Part shown: piece by piece, positions 17,908 to 28,083 of the stretch | Layout of the letters: each line of letters opens with the position of its first letter | How positions within the stretch are numbered: position 1 is the first letter of the stretch | From: Paludibacteraceae bacterium | GTDB taxonomy: Bacteria; Bacteroidota; Bacteroidia; Bacteroidales; Paludibacteraceae | Direction of reading: 5' to 3' | Assembly: GCA_045601825.1 (NCBI GenBank) | Contig: JAZSAI010000033.1 | Span: 57,946 to 121,945, forward strand | Length of the DNA stretch: 64,000 nucleotides | Made by a program: the position numbers and the translations under genes | Notes under the pieces: model-generated | Databases searched by the model: none | Told to the model about the DNA's origin: nothing | Seen by the model: the letters and a program-made list of their open reading frames with translations, nothing else

Positions 17908-20058
17908 ATGAATGGTTTTAGATTGAGATACACAATTGTCATTGTTTCTCTGTTTATGTATTGTTCTTTGAATGCTCAGACATTTAAGCAACTCAGTTTA
18001 ATGGTTCCTCACTATTATCCTGGTGAAGTCTATTTTCAGGATGGAACGCATGAATCATATGCTGAGATTGAACTACCTCGCTCTGGAAAAGATAAATTAT
18101 CCGTAAAGAAAAATAAAGAAGATAAAAAACGAACGGATATTGAAGCAATAGATATTGTTGGAATCAAAATATGGCATGCGAGATTCCCAGAAAAAGCCCA
18201 TGAATTATATTATGTGAAAGCGAAGAAGGCTTTTATGCAAAATGATAACCAATGGGGAACGCCAATTATGGGTAATAGTTGGGGAATTGTATACCAATGT
18301 GAGATTAATTATGAAATAGACAAGAAGACGGGCGAACTTCATGTGGTGAAATTTGCAGGAGGAACTGGTCCGAGCACACCAACTTTGTATTATTTGAAGC
18401 GTCATGACCAACAGATTGCAGATTTGATAGGTTCGGATACTGGTATCAGGCGTTCAAAGAACAAGTTCTCGGAACTGTTTCAGGATAACGCAAAGATAAG
18501 CGAGGATATTCGCTCGGGAAGACTGGGGTTAGGCGATATGCAGTATATCTTGGATGAGATGGCTTCTAATATGGGGGCTAATATACCTTCTAATAGAGTG
18601 GAGACGGTAACAACTCAGGATGCTGAACCTTTAGGACTGCGCCGTAGCGTATGTGTTATTAAGCCCGAATACACCGCAGAGGAGCGTGAGCTGATGGAGG
18701 ATTATTCTTTGCATATGGCTCGCGCTGGTATGAAAGAAGCATCGCGCCGACTAGCAGCATACAAAAGTGATGATACCTTCGGGTCTGGTGTGCTAATAGA
18801 GCAAGATGGCGAAAAATATATCCTTACGAATTTGCATGTGGTAGGTTATGCAAAGAGTACAACTGTTAGTTTTCAATTGCAAGGCCAAACTGCTAGTTAT
18901 TCTCAATGTCCTGTACAGGCAGTATGCCCAAATAGTGATTTGGCATTAATCAAACTGCCACAGGATTCTAATTTGTTGGCATTGTCAGTCTATCAGTCAG
19001 ATATATCGGAAGAAATGGCGGTTGTCGCTGCTGGTTTTCCAGGTTTAAATAATGCTCCATCGTGGCAAGTAACCCGTGGTTTTGTTTCGAATGCTCGTTT
19101 GAGTGTATTGGACGATATGCGTTCCACTCATATTATCCAACATACTGCCCCTATAGATCCTGGAAGTAGTGGTGGGCCGCTTTTGTATAAAAATTTGAAC
19201 GGCACATACGAGATAGTAGGTATCAATACGTGGAAATATTTTGGTCGTGAGGGAGTCGGACTTGCAATTGGCACAAACGATATCGTATCATTCTTAGACA
19301 ATCTTCCTGATGTAGAAGTATCGCATAATGGCGATATACATTCGCTTGATGAAGTAAAGGCAGAAGATTGGTTGTTCGTGTATAATCAATTACCCGAACA
19401 GGAAAAAGAACAATTGCATAAAATGGATTGCTATTTGCCTCTAGATCAGGTTTTGCAAACATTGACGCTAAGAGATAGTATCATACAGGAAGATGCCAAA
19501 CTTGCAAAACGATATGACAAGTCTGCTGCTCGTATTACAGATGATATTCAAAAAATGTCTTTCAGATTGTTATACGAAAATTACTTTGGCATCGAACAGC
19601 AAGTAATTGCCCAGATTGGAGCAGATTGGATAGGGTATATACCTGCTGGATTGCAGTTTTCTGTACCAATCCTGAATTGTATGACGCATGACGAAGCTAC
19701 TAATATAGGATTAGGTTATGCCAACTGTGCGGGAGTAACATTTGGACTCTATCTAGGAGGGCAACTTCCTATATCAGTAGGTAAGAGTGTAGTTGTACCT
19801 CGTATCATTCAAAGCGCATCAGGAGGCTTTGTTCAGGCTGCTGGAGTAATTGAATCTGAGATATTCGCAACTGATACTCGTGTAGGGCTAGATTGGCGTA
19901 TACCTTTTTCCTATTGTGATATGTTAATAGGTATGCATTATAACATGAGGTGGTTCTGGACTAAACATCTATTGAGCATACAACCTAATAAAGATACAGA
20001 TAACTATGACCAATATTTACAACATGGTATTGGCATGTCTATTGGTATTGGCTTCTAA
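17908..20058 (+). CDS. Secreted trypsin-like (S1/S1C-type) serine protease with unknown N-domain and barrel-like C-terminal domain
   Basis: Signal peptide ...MYCSLNAQ. Catalytic triad context is LTNLHVVGY (His), NSDLALIKL (Asp) and DPGSSGGPLL (Ser). The last ~230 aa have alternating hydrophobic strands and end ...GIGMSIGIGF. Confidence 0.75.
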   Translation: MNGFRLRYTIVIVSLFMYCSLNAQTFKQLSLMVPHYYPGEVYFQDGTHESYAEIELPRSGKDKLSVKKNKEDKKRTDIEAIDIVGIKIWHARFPEKAHELYYVKAKKAFMQNDNQWGTPIMGNSWGIVYQCEINYEIDKKTGELHVVKFAGGTGPSTPTLYYLKRHDQQIADLIGSDTGIRRSKNKFSELFQDNAKISEDIRSGRLGLGDMQYILDEMASNMGANIPSNRVETVTTQDAEPLGLRRSVCVIKPEYTAEERELMEDYSLHMARAGMKEASRRLAAYKSDDTFGSGVLIEQDGEKYILTNLHVVGYAKSTTVSFQLQGQTASYSQCPVQAVCPNSDLALIKLPQDSNLLALSVYQSDISEEMAVVAAGFPGLNNAPSWQVTRGFVSNARLSVLDDMRSTHIIQHTAPIDPGSSGGPLLYKNLNGTYEIVGINTWKYFGREGVGLAIGTNDIVSFLDNLPDVEVSHNGDIHSLDEVKAEDWLFVYNQLPEQEKEQLHKMDCYLPLDQVLQTLTLRDSIIQEDAKLAKRYDKSAARITDDIQKMSFRLLYENYFGIEQQVIAQIGADWIGYIPAGLQFSVPILNCMTHDEATNIGLGYANCAGVTFGLYLGGQLPISVGKSVVVPRIIQSASGGFVQAAGVIESEIFATDTRVGLDWRIPFSYCDMLIGMHYNMRWFWTKHLLSIQPNKDTDNYDQYLQHGIGMSIGIGF

Positions 20059-20071
20059 ACTCTTGTCTATT

Positions 20072-20126
20072 CGCTTACCACTCCGTTATCACTCGCTACC
20101 CTTGCGCAACCTTTGCGCTACCCTTA
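20072..20126. repeat. Five phased 11-mers (CGCTTACCACT / CCGTTATCACT / CGCTACCCTTG / CGCAACCTTTG / CGCTACCCTTA)
   Basis: Immediately 3' of the protease stop, which itself lies in the word TTCTAAAC. Related to the 12249 family. Confidence 0.8.
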
Positions 20127-20134
20127 CGCATAAT

Positions 20135-20165
20135 AAATGCACCTCTCGAGGTGCATTTATTTGTA
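20135..20165 (+). terminator. Intrinsic terminator after the protease gene
   Basis: AAATGCACCTC-tc-GAGGTGCATTT followed by ATTTGTATTT. Confidence 0.75.
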
Positions 20166-20173
20166 TTTCTAGC

Positions 20174-20207
20174 TTCTAAACCCTAGCCCGCAAGGCGTCC
20201 TCTAAAC
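20174..20207. repeat. Composite CTAAAC-hairpin-CTAAAC spacer element (diverged copy)
   Basis: TTCTAAAC-CCTAG-CC CGCAA GG-CGTCCTCTAAAC. Confidence 0.7.
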
Positions 20208-20300
20208 TGAAAATAGCGAAAAAGTCACTATTCCTCTTGCTCAATCCAAAATAATTCACTTCATTTGCAGTCGCAAACCCAAAGTTTGTAGACATAACCT

Positions 20301-20789
20301 TTATGATAGTCGCTGGTACGCTATTCGGGGAGAATAGCTGCGGGGGTAGATGATACCGCACCAGGTGAATCCTTCGCGCTCGATGAGATGGATCATGCGG
20401 CTATTGTCTTGGTGGGTGTCAATGCGGATGTTGGCGCATTGGGCTGTGCACCATTCGAGGGCGGTGCGAAAGATGCCCTTGCAACTGCCATTCGAAGCAA
20501 TGCGGTGGATAGTGCCATAGTGCAAACTATCGTCCAACCACGCGCCGTCTTCTATCACATCGTAGGTAGGGTCATTACCGATGATAAAGACAAAAGTGCC
20601 GCATATATGTCCCTCGTGTTCAATGACATAGCTCACGCCTCGTTGGATGTCTTCTTCCAATTGCTCATGCTCAGGATAGCCGTCTCCCCATTGTGTAGGA
20701 TTGCCGTCTGTAGCCATCTGCCTTCTCGCGTGAGCGAAGATAGCAAGTAGCGCATCAATGTCGGCGTATGTAGTAGGGCAAATAAGCAT
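20301..20789 (-). CDS. GNAT-family N-acetyltransferase (paralog of 58035..58520)
   Basis: 162 aa, aligns end to end with the ORF at 58035..58520 (by eye about 70% identical; not computed). Its start overlaps the upstream stop as TAATG. Confidence 0.8.
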   Translation of the reverse strand: MLICPTTYADIDALLAIFAHARRQMATDGNPTQWGDGYPEHEQLEEDIQRGVSYVIEHEGHICGTFVFIIGNDPTYDVIEDGAWLDDSLHYGTIHRIASNGSCKGIFRTALEWCTAQCANIRIDTHQDNSRMIHLIEREGFTWCGIIYPRSYSPRIAYQRLS

Positions 20790-21295
20790 TATTTCTCTTT
20801 GATCTCGCAGAGGGTATTGAAGATAGAGTAGTCTTCAATGCTGACTACAACGGGTTGTTTGCTTCTGCGGGTGATGATACAAACATCTTTTGGATCGGTT
20901 ACCAACGAGAAGTGGCGACCACATTTGCTACTATCAAAAATACCGAGATTACCAAAGAATCCACCCGCTCCTACAATACGGTGCGAGTCGATGCCATTAG
21001 CATGGTGCTCGATACCTATAATCTCATCGGCAGGGATATGTACTTTGCCGAGTACCATGTGTATGTCTATAGCATTGTCCGTTACGACTGCTCTGCGAGG
21101 GAAAATGGCAATTGAGCTGAGCGTAGCGAGCAGGAGAATGCCCGTTGTAACCCAATACATGATGCGGGTGATATTATCGCTCGTAACTATTGTTCGTTGC
21201 ACCAGAATGGCAATAGAAACAACAATGATGATCGTGCCGATGATGGTCGTCCACAAAATAGCGGAACTTAATGGAAGGAAGAATGTTGTTTTCAT
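20789..21295 (-). CDS. Small membrane protein with bacterial PH-like domain
   Basis: Two N-terminal TM helices, then a soluble domain with ...GAGGFFGNLGIFDS...FSLVTDPKDVCIITR..., typical of bacterial PH-domain (YdbS/T-like) proteins. Confidence 0.55.
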   Translation of the reverse strand: MKTTFFLPLSSAILWTTIIGTIIIVVSIAILVQRTIVTSDNITRIMYWVTTGILLLATLSSIAIFPRRAVVTDNAIDIHMVLGKVHIPADEIIGIEHHANGIDSHRIVGAGGFFGNLGIFDSSKCGRHFSLVTDPKDVCIITRRSKQPVVVSIEDYSIFNTLCEIKEK

Positions 21296-21424
21296 ATATT
21301 TCCGATATGTTAGATAGGTGGTGTTGTTTGGGGATTCTGCTGCAAAGGTATGGATTTTTTGTGAGATATGTGTAATAATCAGATAGATAAATCTATCTTT
21401 TTTTGGAAATAATACTCGCTTTGC

Positions 21425-21455
21425 TTGTGTATGTGCATTTTTTATTGTACCTTTG
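21425..21455 (+). promoter_or_regulatory. 31-nt promoter cassette (-33 TTG ... -7 TACCTTTG) upstream of the nitroreductase gene
   Basis: TTGTGTATGTGCATTTTTTATTGTACCTTTG. 30 of 31 nt match 52110-52140. Confidence 0.6.
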
Positions 21456-21481
21456 CAGCCAAATTATTAATTTGACTGATT

Positions 21482-21991
21482 ATGCGTGATTTTCAAAGTT
21501 TGTGTCAAGAACGTCGTTCGTATCGTAAATATACAGATCAACCTGTAGAGCAGGAAAAATTGGACTACATCATGCGTTGTGCGCTGATGTCGCCTGCGGG
21601 CAAGCGTATGAACCCATGGCACTTCGTAGTGATTAAGAATGAGGCGATTCTTCGTCAGTTAGCAGGTTGCCGCACCTACGGTAGTGGTATGTTTGATACC
21701 GCTATGGCTGGTATCGTGGTGGCTGCGGATACCAGCGTGATTGATACATGGCAATGTGATGCTGCTATTGCTGCGCAAAATATCTGGCTCGCTGCTGCGG
21801 ACCAAGGACTGGGTGCTTGTTGGTGCCATGTGTATCAAAGAGAAGGCGCGGAGGACTTGGTGCGCAAGTTAACGGGGCTGCCAGAGAACTTCACGGTATT
21901 ATGCGTGATGTCGCTCGGCTACAAGAACGAAGAGCGCAAACCGTTTGATTTCGAGAAATTATCGTATGACAAAGTTACGCAAATAGATTAA
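21482..21991 (+). CDS. Nitroreductase-family protein
   Basis: 169 aa, RRSYRKYTDQPVE...SPAGKRMNPWHFVVI...AAIAAQNIWLAAADQGLGACW. This is the nitroreductase fold pattern. Confidence 0.85.
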   Translation: MRDFQSLCQERRSYRKYTDQPVEQEKLDYIMRCALMSPAGKRMNPWHFVVIKNEAILRQLAGCRTYGSGMFDTAMAGIVVAADTSVIDTWQCDAAIAAQNIWLAAADQGLGACWCHVYQREGAEDLVRKLTGLPENFTVLCVMSLGYKNEERKPFDFEKLSYDKVTQID

Positions 21992-22012
21992 AGTTTAGAG
22001 TTTAAAGGCAAG
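21992..22012. repeat. Short heptamer run AGTTTAG AGTTTAA AGGCAAG between the nitroreductase and pdxA genes
   Basis: Complement orientation of the CTAAAC word family. Confidence 0.6.
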
Positions 22013-22016
22013 GTAT

Positions 22017-23102
22017 ATGAAACCAATAATAGCAATTACAGCAGGCGATATCAATGGAGTAGGGTATGAGATTATCCTCAAGTCGTTGGTGAATCCGCAT
22101 ATCTGCGAGATTTGTCGCCCAATCGTGTATGGCAACGCCAAAGTAGCACGCCAACATATGCAAACCCTCGATGAGGAGTATCGTAATATCCAATGGAATA
22201 TCATCCAAGACCCCAAACAGGCGAAAGATGGGCGATTGAACCTCATCACTTGCTACCCCGATGACACGCCTGTGCAATTAGGTGTATCCACACCCGAAGC
22301 AGGAAAAGCTTCGCTCAAGAGCTTGCAACGAGCATGCCAAGACCTCAAGAACGGACTGGTACACGCTATCGTGACGGCACCTATCAACAAGGATAACATT
22401 CAATCGGATGAGTTCCGCTATTCAGGACACACCGAGTATCTGACACAACTATTTGGCGAAGGCAAAGATAGTCTGATGATGATGATTAGCGACCGTATGC
22501 GCGTAGCATTGGTATGTAACCATACACCTATCGCCAAAGTGGCAGAGACCATCAATGAGGAGCGTATCCTTAGCAAACTGGCAGTGCTCAACGACACCCT
22601 GAAGATGGACTTCACTTGTCGCAAGCCACGCATCGCTGTGTTGGCGCTCAACCCACACGCAGGCGATAACGGACTCATTGGAGAGGAAGAGACCAATATC
22701 ATTCGCCCTGCTATCGCCAAGGCGCAAGAGCAAGGTATTTGGGCTTTTGGTCCTTATTCGGCTGACGGCTTCTTTGGCGCGGGACAATACAATCACTTCG
22801 ATGCCGTGTTGGCTATGTACCACGACCAAGGGTTGGCGCCATTCAAGGCATTAGATATGAGTGGCGTGAACTTCACCGCAGGTCTGCCTGTAGTACGCAC
22901 CTCGCCCGATCACGGTACGGCATACAGTTTGGCAGGCAAGAACGAAGCCGATGCAACCAGCATTTTGCACGCTATCTATGCAGCCATAGACGTTCTGCGT
23001 CAGCGTGAAGAGAACGAGAAACTGCTCGCCAACCAACTCGTAGTGGAAGTCAAAGAAGTGAAGAAAGAGTACAAAGTAGAGAAATTTATACCACAAGATT
23101 AA
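22017..23102 (+). CDS. pdxA: 4-hydroxythreonine-4-phosphate dehydrogenase
   Basis: [19 protein letters not shown]..., GHTEYL and LNPHAGDNG motifs. Confidence 0.92.
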   Translation: MKPIIAITAGDINGVGYEIILKSLVNPHICEICRPIVYGNAKVARQHMQTLDEEYRNIQWNIIQDPKQAKDGRLNLITCYPDDTPVQLGVSTPEAGKASLKSLQRACQDLKNGLVHAIVTAPINKDNIQSDEFRYSGHTEYLTQLFGEGKDSLMMMISDRMRVALVCNHTPIAKVAETINEERILSKLAVLNDTLKMDFTCRKPRIAVLALNPHAGDNGLIGEEETNIIRPAIAKAQEQGIWAFGPYSADGFFGAGQYNHFDAVLAMYHDQGLAPFKALDMSGVNFTAGLPVVRTSPDHGTAYSLAGKNEADATSILHAIYAAIDVLRQREENEKLLANQLVVEVKEVKKEYKVEKFIPQD

Positions 23103-23103
23103 T

Positions 23104-25698
23104 ATGACAAGCAAAGAGATTAGAAAATCCTTTTTGGATTATTTTGAGAAGAAAGGACACAAGATTGTACCTTCAGCACCCATGGTTATCAAAGATGACC
23201 CAACACTGATGTTCACCAACGCAGGTATGAACCCATGGAAGGGTATCATCCTCGGTAATGACCCTATACAATATCCTCGCGTAGCGGACTCGCAGAAGTG
23301 TCTCCGCGTGAGCGGTAAGCACAACGACCTGGAGGAAGTAGGTCACGATACCTACCACCACACCATGTTCGAGATGCTCGGCAACTGGTCGTTTGGCGAT
23401 TACTTCAAAGCAGGTGCCATTGACTTCGCGTGGGAGTACCTCGTGGACGTGCTGAAACTTGACCCAAAGAACCTCTATGTAACCGTGTTCGAAGGTTCAC
23501 CTGAAGAGGGCATCGAGCGCGACAACGAGGCAGCAGAGATCTGGGCAAAGCACTTGCCTGCCGACCATATCCTCAACGGCAACAAGCACGACAACTTCTG
23601 GGAGATGGGCGATACAGGTCCTTGTGGTCCATGCTCTGAGATTCACGTGGATAGCCGTAGTGAGGAGGAGAAAGCGGCTCTCTCTGGTCGCGAACTGGTG
23701 AACAAAGACCACCCACAAGTGATTGAGATTTGGAACCTCGTGTTCATGCAATACAACCGCAAAGCCGATGGCTCGCTTGACACCTTGCCAAACAAAGTGA
23801 TAGATACAGGTATGGGCTTCGAGCGTTTGGTGCGCACTATGCAAGGCAAACAGTCGAACTACGATACCGACGTCTTCCAACCTATGCTGAAGAAGATTGG
23901 CGAAATCTGCGGCTCTGAGTATGGCAAAGAGGAGAAAGTGGATGTGGCTATGCGCGTGATTGCTGACCATATCCGTACTATCGCTTTCGCTATTGCTGAT
24001 GGTCAGTTGCCAAGCAATGAGAAGGCAGGTTATGTGATTCGCCGAATCCTCCGCCGTGCAGTGCGCTATGGCTATACCTTCCTCGGACAACGCGAGGCGT
24101 TTATGTACAAACTTGTGCCACAACTCATTGCCGATATGGGCGAGGCATATCCCGAATTGGTGAAGCAAGAGGCACAAATTACCCCTGTAATCAAGAGCGA
24201 GGAGGACGGTTTCCTCCGCACATTGGACAAGGGTATCACTCTGCTCGACAAACTGATGAAAGAGGCGAAAGGCAAAGAGATTTCGGGTGTGGATGTGTTC
24301 ACATTGAAAGATACATACGGTTTCCCTCTCGACCTTACTCAATTGATTTTGAGCGAGAACGGCTTTACCACCAACGAGGAAGAGTACAACAAGGCATTGG
24401 AGCACCAAAAAGAGATGGGTCGCCAAGCCAACAAACAAGAATTGGGCGACTGGGTAGTGATTAGCGAAGGTGAAACAGAGTTTGATGGATACGACGTGCT
24501 GCAATGCGAGACACAAGTGTTGCGCTACCGCAAAGTGAACCAAAAAGGCAAAGAACTCTATCAAGTAGTGCTCAGCCAAACACCATTCTACGCCGAGATG
24601 GGTGGTGAGGTAGGCGATTCGGGTACATTGGGCAATGTGCGCGTGTTGGATACCAAACGCGAGAACAATCTGGCAGTACACCTCTGTGCGGAATTGCCTG
24701 AGAATATCAAGAGCAAGATGATGGCTGAGGTAGATGTTACTCGCCGTCAAGCCATTGCTTGCAACCACACTGCTACGCATATCATACACTACGCATTGCG
24801 CCAAGTATTGGGCGAGCATGTGGAGCAAAAGGGTAGTTTCGTATCGGCAGACAGCTTGCGCTTCGACTTCTCACACTTCCAGAAAGTGAGTGCGGAGGAG
24901 CTTCGCCAAGTGGAGATGCTTGCCAACGAGATGATTCGCCAAGACTTGCCTCTTGAGGAATGTCGTAATACTCCAATAGAGAAAGCCAAAGAAATGGGTG
25001 CTATGGCACTCTTCGGCGAGAAATATGGTGATGAGGTACGTGTCATCAAGTACGGCCCATCCGCAGAGTTGTGCGGTGGTTGCCACGTAGCAAGTACAGG
25101 TAAGATTGGTGCGGTGCGCATTGTGATGGAGACCAGTGTAGCTGCGGGTATTCGCCGTATTGAGGCAGTGACAGCTGCCAAGGCCGATGAACTCTACTAC
25201 AAGCAAGTGGATATGATTGGTGGTCTGCGTGCGCTGTTCAATAACGCTCCAGACTTGGTGGGTGCTATCCGCAAAGCCATTGATGAAAACGCGGGCTTGA
25301 AGAAGCAGATAGAGGCCTTTATGGCAGAGAAAGTAGAACGCTTCCGTGATGAACTGATTGCAAAGGCAGAGGACTACAATGGCATTAAACTTGTGCGCGT
25401 AGAAGGCACCGTAGATGCTAACTTGCTGCGCAATGTGCCCATGTTGCTGAAAGGTAAGTTTACCGATGTGAAGTTCGCTGTAGTAGGTGCTACCGAGTGG
25501 GAAGGCAAACCAATGATTACCGTGGTACTGTCGCAACCATTGGTAGATGCGGGAAAGAACGCAGGTCAGATCATCAAGTCGGCTGCTAAGCATATCCAAG
25601 GCGGTGGCGGTGGTCAAGCATGGATGGCTACCGCAGGTGGCCGCAATGTAGCAGGATTAGGTGCTGCTATGGAGGAGATGCTTGGTGCATTGCTATGA
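23104..25698 (+). CDS. alaS: Alanine--tRNA ligase
   Basis: 864 aa. Has [30 protein letters not shown], the editing-domain motifs NHTATH / CGGCHV, and a DHHA1-like C-terminus GGGGGQ. Confidence 0.97.
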   Translation: MTSKEIRKSFLDYFEKKGHKIVPSAPMVIKDDPTLMFTNAGMNPWKGIILGNDPIQYPRVADSQKCLRVSGKHNDLEEVGHDTYHHTMFEMLGNWSFGDYFKAGAIDFAWEYLVDVLKLDPKNLYVTVFEGSPEEGIERDNEAAEIWAKHLPADHILNGNKHDNFWEMGDTGPCGPCSEIHVDSRSEEEKAALSGRELVNKDHPQVIEIWNLVFMQYNRKADGSLDTLPNKVIDTGMGFERLVRTMQGKQSNYDTDVFQPMLKKIGEICGSEYGKEEKVDVAMRVIADHIRTIAFAIADGQLPSNEKAGYVIRRILRRAVRYGYTFLGQREAFMYKLVPQLIADMGEAYPELVKQEAQITPVIKSEEDGFLRTLDKGITLLDKLMKEAKGKEISGVDVFTLKDTYGFPLDLTQLILSENGFTTNEEEYNKALEHQKEMGRQANKQELGDWVVISEGETEFDGYDVLQCETQVLRYRKVNQKGKELYQVVLSQTPFYAEMGGEVGDSGTLGNVRVLDTKRENNLAVHLCAELPENIKSKMMAEVDVTRRQAIACNHTATHIIHYALRQVLGEHVEQKGSFVSADSLRFDFSHFQKVSAEELRQVEMLANEMIRQDLPLEECRNTPIEKAKEMGAMALFGEKYGDEVRVIKYGPSAELCGGCHVASTGKIGAVRIVMETSVAAGIRRIEAVTAAKADELYYKQVDMIGGLRALFNNAPDLVGAIRKAIDENAGLKKQIEAFMAEKVERFRDELIAKAEDYNGIKLVRVEGTVDANLLRNVPMLLKGKFTDVKFAVVGATEWEGKPMITVVLSQPLVDAGKNAGQIIKSAAKHIQGGGGGQAWMATAGGRNVAGLGAAMEEMLGALL

Positions 25699-25757
25699 GA
25701 TCTAGTATCTGACACCATGTCTAATTCTCGACACCCGAATCCCGAATAAAATTGAAG

Positions 25758-26192
25758 ATGAAAACCCTTACAGGTCGTTTACCGATAAAATATCGTAGTG
25801 CAGTCCGTTTCGTGCTCGTAGGAGCATTAGGAACGGGGCTGCAATATGGTATTTATTACCTGTTGTTAGGGGTGTTTCAAACCAAATGGCCAGAGATTGC
25901 ATTGTTGACATCACTAGCTTTTACTGTGGGGTATGTGATAGAAATGGTAGTAAACTACTTCTTGACGAGTTTTTACACTTTCAAGAAACGCCCTAGTTGG
26001 AAGAATGCAGGAGGATTTTTGTTTGGGCGTGCACTCAACTATGGCATACAATTGCTACTTCTAAATGTGTTAATTTGGCTACATATGAGTGAAGAATGGG
26101 CAGGAATAGTAGCGATTATGTTGGCAGGTGTAATCAACTATTTCGTGCTCAGACCATTTTATAAAGATAAGAAAAAAGAGTCTCAAAACTAG
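25758..26192 (+). CDS. GtrA-family membrane protein
   Basis: Four TM helices, RFVLVGALGTGLQYGIYYLL. I chose the ATG at 25758 over the TTG at 25752. Confidence 0.75.
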   Translation: MKTLTGRLPIKYRSAVRFVLVGALGTGLQYGIYYLLLGVFQTKWPEIALLTSLAFTVGYVIEMVVNYFLTSFYTFKKRPSWKNAGGFLFGRALNYGIQLLLLNVLIWLHMSEEWAGIVAIMLAGVINYFVLRPFYKDKKKESQN

Positions 26193-26212
26193 ACTTTTTA
26201 TAAGTATATAGT

Positions 26213-28081
26213 ATGAAGAAAAAAACGTATTTAGATAATCAGGGTAAGGCATTACCATATCCTTGGTTAATCAATACTGCACTATGTTTGGTAGGTGGCA
26301 GTCAACGACTTAGATTGAACTATTGGAATCGTCACCCCAAGCAAGCAGCAGAAAGAACATTGCGAGATATTTTAACTATTTCGCGCGATACAGTTTACGG
26401 CAGAGAACATCATTTTGACCGTATTCTATCTGCTACCACTACAGAAGATTTGTTCCGTTTGTATCGCCAATATGTGCCCGTAAATGATAGTTTTGAGCCA
26501 TTGCGACCATATGTAGAACGTCATAAGAATGGCGAGGAGAATGTGCTCTTCCCTGGCAAACCAGATATGTATGCCACTACTTCGGGTACTACTTCTGAGC
26601 CTAAATGGGTGCCTATGACCCATAAGTATCTCAAGGATGTATATGGCAAGATGACCCACGTGTGGATATGGAATTTTATTACTCATCGTAGCCGTATTTT
26701 CGGAGGACATCTATTTACCACCGTAGGTAAGGAACTTGAGGGATACGCTCCAGATGGTACTATTTTTGGAGCGGTGAGTGGTGTACTCGTGCGCGATGTA
26801 CCTAAGATTATCAAGAAACACTATACCGCCCCAGCTTGTGTGATGTCGATTGATGATTATGCAGCGCGTAACTATACGTTGATGCGACTAGCAATGCAAT
26901 ATCGCGATGTGACTCTATGGGCAACTGCCAATCCATCTACTATCTTGGAATTGCTGCGTACGCTCAACGAGAACACTGAAGAAATGATTGATGATATTGA
27001 AAAAGGAACACTGAGTTGGAATTTCGATATATCCAATTATATCCGCGAGGAACTTGAGGCATACATGTCGCCTCAACCAGAGCGTGCTGAGGAACTTCGC
27101 CAATTGCTCAAAGAGCATGGAAAGTTAGAGCCGAAGCATTTCTGGCCATGGTTGCAACTACTATCAACGTGGAAATGTGGTAATACCAAAATTTATATGG
27201 ATAAGTATATGGATCAGTTCAATTGGGACAAAACCTTATATCAAGAATTAGGGTATATTGCCACGGAATGTCGTTTTGGTTTTGCATTGGATGAAACCAA
27301 TGAATCAGTACTTTTTCCACATTTCCACTACTATGAATTTGTAGAGGAGAGCGAATTGGATAAACCGCATAAGCGATTCTTGCAAATTTACGAATTAGAG
27401 AAAGGTAAACGATACTGCACGTATGTAACCACATATTCGGGCTTATTCCGCTACAACATGAACGACTTGGTGGAAGTGGGTGGTAAGTTCTACAATACAC
27501 CTACCGTACATATGGTGTCTAAGGTCAATGGTATTGTGTCTATGACGGGAGAAAAACTCTACGAGCCACAATTCATTGATGCTGTACATAAAACCGAAAA
27601 ATTGATGGATATCAAGACCAAGTTCTTTGTTGGTTTTGCCGATGTCAGAGAGTCTAGATACCACTTCTACTTTGAGTTTGAAGACGAAAGTATAAGTCAA
27701 GATATTGTGGATGAGTTCACAAAGGTAGTCGATCGTAAGTTGCAGGAAATCAATAATGAATACGAATCTAAGCGTTCATCATTCCGCCTCAAAGAACCGC
27801 AAGCGCACATCTTGCTGAGTAATGCATATTCTCGCTTTAAGGCGGCATGTTTACGCGATGGTTTCCGCGATGGGCAGTTTAAGTTCAATTTGCTTATGCA
27901 GGATGATAAGCGTCGCCGTAAATTTGATCAGATTGAACGTCATGAGACATTATCAGATAAGATTATGAATCTTGCGGATAATATTGATAACAATATTAAT
28001 CGCCGCAGAAAAGCGCGTGCAGAACGTCAGGAGCAACGTCAGGAACGACGTATCGAACGACAAATGAATCACTCTAAGTAG
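26213..28081 (+). CDS. GH3-family (JAR1-like) acyl-acid amido synthetase homolog with Arg/Glu-rich C-terminal tail
   Basis: Adenylate-forming motif TSGTTSEPKWVPMT. Layout matches the Bacteroidota 'GH3 auxin-responsive promoter family'. The tail ...RRRKARAERQEQRQERRIERQ is encoded by four 12-nt units at 28022-28069. Confidence 0.8.
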   Translation: MKKKTYLDNQGKALPYPWLINTALCLVGGSQRLRLNYWNRHPKQAAERTLRDILTISRDTVYGREHHFDRILSATTTEDLFRLYRQYVPVNDSFEPLRPYVERHKNGEENVLFPGKPDMYATTSGTTSEPKWVPMTHKYLKDVYGKMTHVWIWNFITHRSRIFGGHLFTTVGKELEGYAPDGTIFGAVSGVLVRDVPKIIKKHYTAPACVMSIDDYAARNYTLMRLAMQYRDVTLWATANPSTILELLRTLNENTEEMIDDIEKGTLSWNFDISNYIREELEAYMSPQPERAEELRQLLKEHGKLEPKHFWPWLQLLSTWKCGNTKIYMDKYMDQFNWDKTLYQELGYIATECRFGFALDETNESVLFPHFHYYEFVEESELDKPHKRFLQIYELEKGKRYCTYVTTYSGLFRYNMNDLVEVGGKFYNTPTVHMVSKVNGIVSMTGEKLYEPQFIDAVHKTEKLMDIKTKFFVGFADVRESRYHFYFEFEDESISQDIVDEFTKVVDRKLQEINNEYESKRSSFRLKEPQAHILLSNAYSRFKAACLRDGFRDGQFKFNLLMQDDKRRRKFDQIERHETLSDKIMNLADNIDNNINRRRKARAERQEQRQERRIERQMNHSK

Positions 28082-28083
28082 CA

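Noticed and set aside
20176-20361. 61-aa minus-strand ORF downstream of the GNAT gene.
   Set aside because: It overlaps the GNAT 3' end and the CTAAAC/hairpin element, has no start context and has non-coding-like composition.
23497-24828. Long antisense ORFs overlapping well-supported genes. Examples are the 443-aa ORF opposite alaS and similar ones at 11000..12034, 29788..30729, 54780..55541, 31204..31950, 24871..25617, 16712..17410 and 14676..15341.
   Set aside because: Each lies fully inside a gene with clear family motifs on the other strand. Their translations are His/Cys/Val/Leu-rich mirror-frame sequences without recognisable domains. This is typical shadow-ORF behaviour in a codon-biased genome.
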